The notes under the pieces were generated by a model. It ran no database searches, had not been told where the DNA came from, and was given only the letters and a program-made list of their open reading frames with translations. The position numbers and the translations under genes were made by a program. A stretch of DNA of 64,000 nt from Takakia lepidozioides (Eukaryota; Plantae; Bryophyta), in the NCBI GenBank assembly GCA_030704615.1, contig CM060734.1:54498001-54562000 (forward strand). Reading direction: 5' to 3'. This document shows positions 40,333 through 52,466 of this stretch, piece after piece (the stretch's first letter is position 1; the number at the start of each line of letters is the position of its first letter).

Positions 40333-40801
40333 GAGCATCTCCAACGGTGGCCTCTAAATCTGCCCCGCTATTGAAGCTATGGCGGCCCACTTGGCGTGTC
40401 TCTGAAAATGAACCGTAGCTGTGGCCCACCCATTCACATTAAGTTCTCCCCTCCAGAACAGGCACAAGCCACGTGTTGGACGTGGGTTGTGTGCACATAC
40501 TACGTGTTGCGCGCTGCCAAAGAGTGACACAATGACCTTGAGAATTTGGTCGAGCCCATGCCGCGTGTTGCCATCGCGAGCTCCTAGACGGTCAACATTC
40601 GTTGACTTCCGCGTGCTGTGAGCATGTGCAAGCCCTGCATCCTCCACCAAATTAGTGGTAGCCTAATGTTTGGGATTTTACGGGGACGGTGGCTTAAGTG
40701 CCGTGCAAGGTGACCGCTGGGGTGCAGCTTCAAGCAACTTCAGCGACGGCATCTGCAGCTTGCCGTTGCAGCGCGGCATGCCGTGACCGTTGGAGATGCT
40801 C
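40333..40801. mobile_element. Tourist/PIF-Harbinger-type MITE (469 bp)
   Basis: Perfect 16-bp TIR GAGCATCTCCAACGGT / ACCGTTGGAGATGCTC with TAA target-site duplication on both sides. Confidence 0.92.
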
Positions 40802-41885
40802 TAAGCGTCTTGCTTCGAGGAAGTTTCAACACAGCCTGTTGAACAATAGGCTCTTCATTTTTAACTTTCTTCTTGGCTTGAGCTTGACAACAGAGGTTAC
40901 AAGAACTGGATGACCAAAAAACTTAAATGGATATGATTTTTGTGAGGGATTGAGTTGAAGTCAACCGAATCGACCCTGATATCAAGAAATATACAAAGGA
41001 AAGTGGACGCAGATTCAGACAGAATGACCACCTGAAATTTGGAAACAAGCACATAAACTTTGGAGACTGAATGTGCCATCCATTTGTCTAGGGAATTGTG
41101 GGATATCTTATCCCTCTTTCAAGGGCAGAGTGCCATCCTGATGGAGGCACCGTGTTTTAGATATGACATCTGAGATCTGGTCTCAATTTATTGACTATTT
41201 GCTTCAATGTTAAAGTTGTCAGAGTTCCACACCTTTCGCAAATGTGATGGTTCATTGAAATTCTTCACTTTATGTCTGTAACAGAAACCTAAACTGAATA
41301 CATCAGTTTAAGCTTTAGCCCTGGTGCAGTACGGCAGATGAGTCAACACTCGTCTAGTATTGCTCAAATGTCAGTTTTCAAATGACATTTGTGAGGATAA
41401 TCCTCAGAACACTCTTAAACAATATTGGCACCCGAGCAAGCAGGCATACTCCAAAACCTTGAACATGTTGGAGGCTGTACCAAATGACCGGAACTCCACA
41501 AATACGATACAGGGAAATTACATGATTTAGATCCTCATTGGCAAGCTGCAAGGTGAAAAAAAAGGCCAAGGAGAACACAGGAAACTGTAACTAATGGTTA
41601 CAAAATTGTCTTGGTGTCTTCCCCTTATAATTGCAATGTTTGGCATAGACAATTAATCTGCACAATCAGTTGATTAAGGAGCACCTCGGTGCTCCTGATT
41701 TCAATGGGATGCTCGTAGGGCTTCCCTCGGGTGCAGATATACAGGAAACCCAAGTATGCTCAATTTCTAGCAAATCAACTCTGGTCAGAGGACAGTGCAT
41801 CCAGCTGTGAGTTTATGGCCCTGTATTGGGCACATCCATCCAATTCCTCCGCATAGCATACTTGTCGTCATATCATTCTTGTCAG

Positions 41886-44221
41886 CTAATTGGTCACCAG
41901 ATTTCTCGATGACAGCCGCTTACGCATAAGATGGCGGCGTCGTTGGAATGTCAGAACCGAGAGGAAATTGTCCGTTGCCACCACTTGATAGCCCGCCTCC
42001 TTATACATGGTGAGAGGGGCTGTGTCCACAATGCGGCAGTGCAAATACATGTCCTGGCATCCCCTCGCTAAAGCCAGGTCCTCTGCAGCCTTCAGAAGTT
42101 GGCGGCCAAGACCCCTCCTGCTCACAGTCACCACGAAGTGAAAAGACCCACAATTGTATCAGCTTGGGGACAGTTATTTGAAGAGAAAAAAGCCCGTATG
42201 ATAGCTCAGACTAGGAAGGAAATGTCAAATGTCTGACCAGAAAGCAAAGCTGAAAACATGAGGGCTCCATAATACTCCATTAAATTTCCTGACGGCCAAT
42301 GAGACATGAACACCCAAAGAATTTCCAAGGTGCCTACCTACGGTAGCCTTTGCTCACAGCCATATTGCAAATGTAGGGGGCAGTTGCTGGTGGCGGCGGG
42401 GTGGGGAGATAGGGATGGCCATTCACTGAGAAAGAGAGCTCCACTGTTCCAGCCAATAGCCAGTTACCAGACCACCCATTGACAGTCTGCCCCATGATGG
42501 GGTTGTCCTCTGCTGGGGCATACAATCCCACAAGGGTCACTGACTGCGGAAGACATGCCCGCCTGTCTTTCACATACTGTTTCACTGTCAAGGAGAGCAG
42601 GGGGCGGTAAGTGAGCAAGCCCCCCATCAACTCAGCGAAAGAATCGACCAAAAGCTCTTCAACAGCTTTCATGTGTTCAGTCCGCATGGCCTGGACTACA
42701 AATATCCCTTTCACACTGGCATGCCTGCAAGAAAATCGACAATTTGAGCAAGAGCTTCTAAGAAAGATAGGCTTCAAACTGTTCTATTCTCTCAGTTTAG
42801 ATACAACCTTCTTACTTTTAGGGAAAGAGGACAAAAACCAATACCTGAAGGTATCTGACAGTTGTCTGTAAACGCTGTCTTTTTCATACCATTATGTTTA
42901 TGTTGTTCAAATAACAGTATATCTTCGATCACAGTTTGAGATGCGAGTTCCAATATCAAAGCTGATCTACAGAATGTGAGCTTTTGCCAAAGAGCTGAGT
43001 GGCCCTGCACTCAAACCCTCTGATGTCATCTGTTCCAGAGCATGCTTCCCCAAATTGACACTTGGGAGATCTCAAGTCTCTTGGGCAGCAAGAATGCAAT
43101 GACGGTGACAGTGTCCACAGTAGTGAAAAAATAATCGCCTCTAGGAGGGTGAAGTAACTGAAATGGCAAGGGAGCACCATAAATGCCACTGGATCCAGCC
43201 AATGTCATCCTGCTTCCTACTTCCAGTAAGGTGGAAAAAGATGAGCTGATTAAGATTGTGTAATACACAACCTCCACTTACCTTGTAAGAGTGCTTCCAA
43301 TCAAAACTATAACGACCAAAAATTCATGCAACATGTATGATATTTGTACCTGTGTTCATACTTTTGCAAGACTTTAATTAGCTCCATGTCTGCGGGGGTC
43401 CACTTGGAAACCTCCCCTTTGTCAGATTTTGTCACAAGGTCCTCTACACGCCACCTTCGCACGCCTTGATCCACACCTGTCTCATTGTCTGACTCGGCCA
43501 CTTCAGGATCGCCTACACTCATCACTCGCCCTACTCCTTCCTCAGCTGCAAACAATCTCCAGTTTTCTGTTTCGCCATCCACAGAGCTGGTAGAATTCCC
43601 TAGGAACGAGCCCGTGGCTCTCTCCCTCGCAAAAACGCGACCATCAGCTAAGAAAGCCTCCTCGTCTGACCTAAGCAGGTCTATATCATTAGGATCGATA
43701 CCATTAGAGTCTGAATCGTAAGTCCTCCCCTCTACTGCTACTGTCACTTCAGAGTCTCTCACCCTGTCGAAGGCTTCTTCCCGAACAGAAAAAGATTTTG
43801 GGCTCTCTGATTCAGAAGACCCAGGAGCTTCGTCTGAAACACCTTCACTCACAAGTGCTTCCAGCCCCACATTCTCTACTCCAAATAAACAGATACTTAA
43901 CCTCTTCTCCATCGCTCTTCTCCTCCTCCTCCTCCGTTTCGACCTCTGAAGACATTGCTCGTTGTCCAGTAATGCAGCTTCTTTCCCTCCACTGCCCACT
44001 TGAATCCCATGCTTGCTTGTAAAGCATTCGATGCTGGCTACTTTTCCATGGAGAAGGCGGGGTGAAATACAGGAGCATGAGATAGAGTCTCTGTAGCTGG
44101 AGGGCTCTCTCCTTGTGGTTACGGCCGTAACTCTCCGGTAATCGACAGAACCGTCACTATGCTTTTGAGTCAGAGTAGATAGAGAAGTCCCAAGGTGTGG
44201 GGGGTGAGCTGCTACGCCCAT
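41886..44221 (-). CDS. GNAT-family N-acetyltransferase, plastid GNAT5 (At1g24040)-like, with long N-terminal extension
   Basis: Exons 44221-43350, 42724-42338, 42117-41886 in frame: LLVDSFAE...VKQYVKDRR...AGTVELS...PYICNMAVSKGYRRRGLGRQLLKAAE...YLHCRIVDTAPLTMYKEAGY (acetyl-CoA motif RRRGLG). Confidence 0.88.
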
Positions 44222-45379
44222 GGCAATGCACCCAAACAGAGAGCGATCGCAACAAACAACTTCGGGAGTCTCGAACAAACCCCTGCGTTACTCTTCTGTT
44301 TCTTCTTCATCTGCGCGTCCCTCCATAGAAGAAATATGAGGTGGCGGTCAAAGGAAAAACACTGAATGCAGCCGAGTAGCAATGGCAATTCTACGCTATT
44401 GCCAGTTGGTGTGAGCCAACCGTCCAGAGTAACGTCTCCGATACATTAAGGAAAGAGTATACTCCAGCTCCCCAAATTGCAGCTCCCTAAACTGCAGCTC
44501 TTCTCCTAGACTCGATTAGGGCAGAGGCTCGCATTTGCGAGGCAGCTGACATTTTCAGCGTGAACAACACTGGAGACAAAACCCAGTCTCTGACTGAATT
44601 TCCAACAAGAAGCAGCTGGGAAAAACTCTATTCAAGCGAGAAGACGCCCACATTAAAGCATACAACGAAAACACATGGTTGGAGATTCCCTCCGCAGGCA
44701 GAATACAAAGAAGAAGAGCGTAGAAATTGTGGGAGGGAATTGGTGGCAGCTTCTAACAGCTTCTGCAGTGACAAGAAGACAAATGGAAGGCCTGGGTGGA
44801 GGGAAAGAGCCTGCAGCAATCCAGAAGCTGCAAGCGCCAAATTTTCCACCATAGCCGTTCATACAAGTCTTTACTTCGCTGGCAGATAAGATAAAGATAC
44901 AGATAAAGTTTAAGATAATGAGATTGTCACTATGAACTTGCTAAATTAAGATGGTAGCTTATTACTATAAGAACATGCAGGAAGCAAAGTAAGGACTCGC
45001 AGGAAGAAGAGAGACGATCAAGGCATTGTGAACTGAATTGCTTGCCACAGCTTGTGATACTTACTCTCCATAATCGGAGTGGATTGTCGATGTGGGCATA
45101 GAGTTTCCTGATCATGGCAGTCTTGGATTGCTTCTTGCATTTTGTACATGCAGGCGCTTCAAGTGTCGTTCTTACTATCCGTAGCTACTCCTTGATTAGT
45201 CGCCGGTCGCTTTGATTCAAATGATCCAAGGGCTTTGTTTGTGAGGCATCGATGCTGGGAGGACTTGCGTGTAATCTAACCATGGGAAGTGCAGGTGCCC
45301 TTGCCGGGGAGAACTATCTCTGGGGCTCTGTTGACGAATCCTGCTGCACTTTGAACAAGACAACTACTTATTACTAAAA

Positions 45380-46330
45380 TTGGTAAAAACCCGAGTGAAT
45401 GCCACAGCGGTCAATGCAAGTGTCAGTTGGGTTTTACGACAATTTGTAAACAATGTCCCGGTTTCACAATTTCAGTCTATGATAGTGTTGTCTTGTATCC
45501 CAGCAACATGCTATCTTTTTCTATGTTTCTATGTGCCCCATTGGCAGCCCCACACCCAACATCCCAGCCTGTTTTGGAGTGCCTTACTTTGGTTTGTAAT
45601 CAGCTCACCTAATCTCAGCTTCTAGTTTTGGATCACAAAACAGCATGTCCTCAGCAATAGCAGCCCAGGTCAACCTTTGTACCAGCCCAACAACCCCACA
45701 CATCCCCCTCATGCACGATTGTGTGATTTGAACCCCAGACGGTCCAGCCCCATTGGCACTACACACATATATTGGTAAGACTCTAGGTTTTGATACTCGC
45801 TCGACAGGTTTCTTGGACATATACGGTTGTATGGAAAAATATTATCTTTGTACTTGACCATCATTTCGTAAATGGTAAGATTTTGCTGGGGGGTGAAGTA
45901 CTTGGCATGTAGCTCATTCTGTGAATCTAAGAGCACCTACTCTAAGCTTATGAAACGTGGGATCAACACTGTCATTACATATAAGTTGGTTGTCCACACT
46001 TTATAGGGCCCACCTAGTCCACTCCTAATCTTCATTATGGCATGGGACTTCAAGAATTCATCCCCACCCTTCCAGTACAACCCAATATTAGATAACTTCT
46101 TTATTCCCATTAGTATGTCCACCCCCAACCAAGTCCGCAGCTCCTTCACAGTTATGGGATACACCACTTACCTCCCTATAGTGTGCCCCTATTATTGAGG
46201 GTCCTCGCATAAATGTTAGTCATGATCAGCACCCCTCGCATGACATTCAATGGCCAAAACAAATTGAAGAAATCAACATGAGCTTAAGTATCATGCAATG
46301 AATGGTTTGGTCCAAGAACAGGACCAATGA
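45380..46330 (-). mobile_element. Degenerate piggyBac-like (PGBD / DDE_Tnp_1_7) transposase relic
   Basis: FFNLFWP..VLIMTNIYA; PITVKELRTWLGVDILMGIKKLSNIGLYW; YFTPQQNLTIYEMMVKYK; MSKKPV. Confidence 0.7.
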
Positions 46331-47493
46331 AGGTTCATTCCGACAATCCAGTGGCTTCCGAATTCCACATATCATCTTTGAACATTAGAACAAAATGCCA
46401 GTCTTCCCATCATTCAGGTAAGTCATACAAGCCAAGCTCATGCCAGTATCATTAGATTGACTTTAGCATCCTTTACAAAGTTATAGTCATCTTCACTTTT
46501 GCTATCCGTGGCCCCAAATTCATTGTCCCTAATTTCACCTTCGAGCCCTAGCATTTTATTTATGATGCAAGACATGGCATCTTCCCAGTGTACAATCTCT
46601 ACCGATGATGTTAAGACAAAATGCATACCCGAGCCACCAAAAAAGGATACCAAGGTAACTTTCAGATGTTGCCACGATGACCCAAGTGGATTCATGGACA
46701 GTGCCATACACACATTTAGGCACATTACAGGGTGCCAGGCAGCGTTTGAAGTATGAAGGAAGCACTGGCGGAAGCACCAATCCTGATAACCCCGGACTGG
46801 AGTCTGGGCATTTTTTCCAAAATTGTTGACCAACACTATCACTGTCGATCCCAAGATCCCCAAATCATCTAAAATTTGGCTGTGACCAGCCACATCCATT
46901 GAGACATATTGAGAACTACGAAGAGAGTAAGAAACCACCTCATGTTCAGTATCCTGCAAATCCCCCAAGTCTCCCAAATCAAAGCAGGTGGTAGGTTGTT
47001 TACCTTACAAGACTCTTCAACCTCATTGTGACTAGAGCAGCTAGGTTGAAAGTCAGACCATGTCACGGAAAACGAAGCAGATTGTTGATCTCTGTGGAAA
47101 ATCTAGTCGGATTTTCCTCTTTGTTTTCAACCCACCCAGCTAGGATCTCGGCTGCATGTTGATGTCAAAGGTAGCAAAAATTAGAGGGCATAGGGAAAGA
47201 GGGTCATCTCACCCGAGTATGACGCTTTAAGCACAACAAATTATACTCTTCATTTAAGCACCCTTACAATTTGGCAATTTGATCATGACTTACACCAAGT
47301 CCTATTGCCTAGGCCGCAATAGCAGCTGCCTCGACTCCCAAATGACTAGGTGCATGGGGAGGAGCACCATCACTCCCCAGTTCACAATGACAAGTGAGGA
47401 TACGGTTGTGATAACAACGAGAACATGCAAAACCACCAACGGCTATCTGTACTAGCTGCATACCCGTGTTGGGGGTCATTAGGATATCAAGAG

Positions 47494-47760
47494 CACGTTT
47501 TCAACCCGGATATCAATGTATCCGGACCCGGAACTGGCATTTTTTAGTATCCGGGTTAGATGTACAACCAGTGTAATATCTGGATACCCGGCCAATACCT
47601 GGCGGATCTCAACCCTAAACTTAATAACCGGATGCATACCCGGATCCGCTATTTGTCATGTTGGTAATACCCGGAACCGGCGGATATCTAAAACCAATTT
47701 TTTTTAATATCCGGAACCGGCATATATGAAAAAAAAAAAGGTGTAGATCCGCTCGACACT
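47494..47760. mobile_element. hAT-like terminal region with clustered (AT/AC)CCGG subterminal repeats
   Basis: Many ATCCGG/ACCCGG motifs in both orientations after CACGTTTTCAACCCGG. Confidence 0.5.
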
Positions 47761-49519
47761 GCTGCGCAAAACAAAAGTGCATGAGAGACAATGAGAGGCT
47801 ACAAGGAATGCAAAATACGCAGGCCAAATCGAGGATAATGTTCACAAAACACAATGGTGCTCCCGCGGGGCAGCTGGAGCGCCTGAGGTTGGGTAGCACG
47901 TGAGCAGAAGAGAATATGCCATATATTCAAAGAATATTCTAAAAAATTTTAACGAAACTAAAACTTGAAATGAGGTTGGGTAGTGCATGAGCACACTCAC
48001 GCCGTTGTACGCGTGCTCGCGTGAGCAGAAGACAAAATGCCCGAAAAATTATGAATATTCTTGAAAAGATGCTGCGGCGAAACTAAAATTGGAAATTTGT
48101 GCTCACGGGGACCAAATTGTGCGCACGTGAGCACAAGCCACACGTAGATGGGTTAGTCACCATATCGCCAAACACAATACATATTGTTTCGCCCACGAAA
48201 CCACAGGATAATGACCTACGCCGCGATACTTGGAAATTTCGCCGACGAAACCCATTATTTCGCTGGAGAAACCCGATACCATGATTTATTTCGTTAACGA
48301 AATCCGTTGTTTGTCTCATTTTATTAAATTGTTCAACTATTGTTTGATATTTGTGTGTTTTGGATGGTGTTGATTATTGTGACTTTGTTTTTCTCTTACG
48401 TGCTCTTGTTTTGTAGAATACCATAGCTGTAGATATAACACTATTTTAACTAATTCTAGACTTTTGTTTGGTCCAGAAATAATATAAGATATATGAATAA
48501 ATATAATCTATAATAGAAATAAAGAGATATATCTATAATTATTTGACTATTTGTACACTATATAACAACGAATTATATAATCCTCCACACATTCTACGCA
48601 AAAATACAAGTATGTATTGTGGTCTTAGATGAACATCCAATGAAAGTTTACATTCATTAAAAAGAATGGGAGGATGCAATGAATCAAACAATGATGAGAG
48701 CTCCGATATCCAAAATGACATACACAAACAAACATGGAACAATGGCAGAACCAAATATAAAACAATGATGGCATGTGATGAAGAGGACAACATGGAAAAA
48801 CGAGTCTGTCGGGACCTGATTGATAATATGAAACATTCATATTTTATTTGAGATTATATCATTCAAGGCGATGGACCAACAGAAAAATGAATGTCAACTG
48901 TCCATCCGTTCATGGACTTAATGCCATACAAGCCATAGATTCTGAAGCCATAGAACCGTTACGGTTTATACTAACTCATTAATAATAATGAGCCTCTTCC
49001 CAAACGGCTCGCAGTCAAGGCATGTGTCCGAAGACACCTCCGGTTACCACAGCCACTTGCAACGGTCTCCACACCAGAGGAAACGGAGATACTTTCAGGA
49101 AGGTGAAACCGGCTGACATTGTCATCTGAAATGTTATTGCCAACTCTACTTGATGCCCTTGACGCCTCCTGGCACGCCTGCCATTCTTCCCAATCACGCA
49201 GCTTTTGTTCCTCTTTTAGAATTCGTTCCTTGAATGTTACTGGGGACACGCGGTTGAAATGACAAATGTTAGGCCCAAAGTGGAGGTTTTGCATATGGAT
49301 TTGTTGAGGTAAGAGTACAAATGCAAATGCAAAAGAATTGGAAAATCAAATTATGAACAAACAACAGAACAGTGGGATCCACATGCCTACCAAGGTAATC
49401 AGGTTCTTTTTGTTGTGGGATGCAAACACGAGGATCAAGATATCTTCCATACTAGGCCCAGCAGGCATGGTCTCGACCAATAGGCTTATGAGAACACTTT
49501 GCCCGGTTCTCGCTAATCC

Positions 49520-50095
49520 ACGACTGTTGAAGCTCTAGCCATCTCCGATATATATGACCACACTACTTTTGTCATATCATCCCGGTCACGCAAGCCGTTT
49601 GGTGAAGGCTTGAATGAGAAAGGGAAGAATCTAGTATTTTGTGGGTTTCGCAGGCCCTTTGATGGCTCATCATCTACAAGAAGTATTTGCCCCTGCGTAG
49701 CAAACGGTCTACCAGGGTACTTGACAATAACATTTCAAATATCCTTCACGAGATATTTTATCCTGGGCCTGATATAACCGGTGGTATCCTTGCAATCCTC
49801 AGCAGACCATATGAAGCAAAACTTCTTCGTTGTTTTCGTGGGGACGAAGCTCTCCAGCATCCTACAAAGAACACCTCTATCAGCGCATGACCAAATGGCC
49901 ACGTGAAAATGCTTCAATGCAAGGTCCAGAAACTCCAAGACTCCAGGCCGAGGCACCACAAACGGTCTGTCAGGAACTTGAAGTGTCACATCCTAAAACG
50001 AAATTTCTCCTTAAACAGTTCACCGCCGGTTGGGGGTGGCCGGTAGCAGAGGAGTCCGTTGACACTCAAAATTAACAACATCCGTTTCTTCTTCC
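49520..50095 (-). pseudogene. FCP1/NIF (HAD) phosphatase-like domain 1, frameshifted
   Basis: LLILSVNGLL...PRPGVLEFLDLALKHFHVAIWSCA...FIWSAEDC...LVKDI...ILLVDDEPSK. Confidence 0.75.
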
Positions 50096-51211
50096 CCGCT
50101 GTTGCATGTAAAGAATGAGAGACAAAGTTATCCTGAGCAAGTTAATCACACACTGACATTAGTGTTTCTGCATGAAAATACCCATGACCCAGAATGATTG
50201 AGTGTATGGAAGATCAACACGATTGTGCAAAAAATGGCAAAATCCTGTACAATGTTGTGGGCTTGGAATGTTTCAAGATGAGGGTTAATATTGCTAAGAA
50301 AATGAACGTCGACTGCCAAGTGGAGGTTCAATAATGTACCTTGTACGGAGGGAAATTGATGAAGGTATCGTGCTGCATCCCCGCCTGTTGAGAAAAGATG
50401 GAGTTAATTAGTGCAGAACCAAACGAACAGAAAAGATAAGAAAGCGGAGAAATAATATCGGATAATACCGATGTCGCCTTATTGGAAAGTCTCGTTGGTG
50501 GACTTGGGATCCCAACGGACGTGTTTTGACGAGACCCCGGTATGTCCGAGGTATTCATTTTCTTCCTCGAGTCTACTCTGTCTCTGAAGACAAACTTCCC
50601 TTCGATGGAGCCGATTTGTAGAAGAGATGGAAATGGTTTAGGGGCTCTATTCCGCTTCCTCGGTGCAGAACATTGCGCCAACACTACAGGGTCGACAAAC
50701 CGAGAAGTTGCAATTGTTTCGTCCTTGTCCTCGTCCAAATGGTTGCGGAGAAGAGGAACGGAATGGAAATTATCTCTTGAAGCACTCCACATCCTGAATG
50801 GATTTCACACGTAACGAAGGTATTACCTCGGAACATATTTCCAATTAAGACTTCGTTTGACAGGAAGGTCATAATCCGTAGATTTTCTGGCCTGGAGTAA
50901 AACAAGAACATCAGACCCAGTACAAAGGAAAACAAAAAGACGAGTTAGATTTCAGATATAAGTAATTTTACCTGACTCCTTCTGATTTGGGCTGTCCAAC
51001 CCTCGTGCTAGGGAAAGAACTTAACATCTCCAAGGCTTCTCCCTCCTCCCCAATGCTCACCCTGGCTATCACGCATCTAGCTGTCTCTTGATTGACATTG
51101 GGAGCAAAGTCCACTGGACAGTCGAGGTTTAGGAAAATCTTGAGCAGCCATCTACGTTTCAATCTGTTCCAAGGAAGTGTCAGGAAATTTTTGTTTTCTA
51201 AGATAAACCTG

Positions 51212-51860
51212 TCACTGCAAATCCCATAGCAAGAGGCATTTGACCTTTGGGTCATTATACGGTCGACATCCTATAGGTTTTTCCACGCTGAATATATCAG
51301 CGTCTTTTTCGGATAACCGCAACTCTTCCATGTGCGGTTTGAGTTCATCCAGAAGAAACCTGTCCTTGTATGGGTCGACGAGCGCTTTATATTTTGGAAG
51401 GAAGATACCGATCGACTTTGGGTTCAAGTAGGACTTATACATATTTTCTATAGTGTCGATGAGAAGCGTGTTTGATCTGTACGCTACAGTGTCGTCTACA
51501 GTGATAATGTCGTAAAGACGTTTAAGATATATTGGTGCTTTCGGATATTTGGGCCATTCGTCACTGAAAGTCTGTCTACGCTTCACGCAGTCCTCATTAT
51601 TGAATTCCCTGACCTTGTAAAACCTTTTTCCAAACAAAGCCAGCCCTATATCCAGGACATTTTCTAACGGTCCAGTGTTCCAAAAGTAGACCTTAAAATG
51701 CTTAAGGACCCATTTCAGGAAGTCGTCCAAACCATTTCGGACTGCAAGCTTGAATTTTCCAGCGCATACACAAGGATGGGTTGCAGGAAGGGATCTCGGG
51801 CCATCTCGGAGGTAAACCTCACCAATGTAACCGACGTCAAGAACCAAGACGTAGTATCCT
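51212..51860 (-). CDS. FCP1/NIF (HAD) phosphatase-like domain 2 (TE cargo, catalytic motif degenerate)
   Basis: VLDVGYIG...VRNGLDDFLKWVLKHFKVYFWNTG...NEDC...YLKRL...NTLLIDT; open over 211 aa. Confidence 0.7.
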
Positions 51861-52466
51861 GGTTGAGTCCCTCAGAGAGGCGATACCAATCATGTGGGTT
51901 CACAGATTGGTGATAGTCGATTGGAGGGTGAATCATATCATCCTGTGGAATAACAAAACAGTTAATTCATTTTGAAAACTAGAAGAAGGACAAAGAAGAA
52001 CATTTCTAAGATGGTTATGAAGTGTATACCCGTTTCGGGGAGGGATTCCGAATTTGTTGTTGTGGCTGCTCGCTCTCTTTTCCTTCGCGCTGAGCAACGA
52101 CCATCTCCGACTCATTTCCTCCATCTCGCAACGTCGACTGGGCAGTGGAGGTTGCTTATGTGACCGGATCAGGTGGGCTGACCCTGATTGTTAAGACCAC
52201 CTGCCTCCTCACTGTTTGAGTCGCGATGGATTCTGTCCGGGTTTATGTGATTTCCTCCAATGTCCGTTCATGGATCTATATGAGTTTTCGTAACTGTCAG
52301 TCACATGTAAAGTTGAAGAAGGTGGGAAGATGACGACAAACAAAAATCAAAATACAGATTAGATATTGGCAAAAACACAACCAGAACACAACCAGATGCA
52401 ATACGCACAATTTGTTCCATTTGAAATACTTAAAGACACCATAAATCTCCAGGTGTCATTCGTTAC

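Noticed and set aside
42845-42854. Possible 10-nt microexon (AG|ATACCTTCAG|GT) in the GNAT intron
   Set aside because: The flanking exons already join in frame; inclusion would frameshift.
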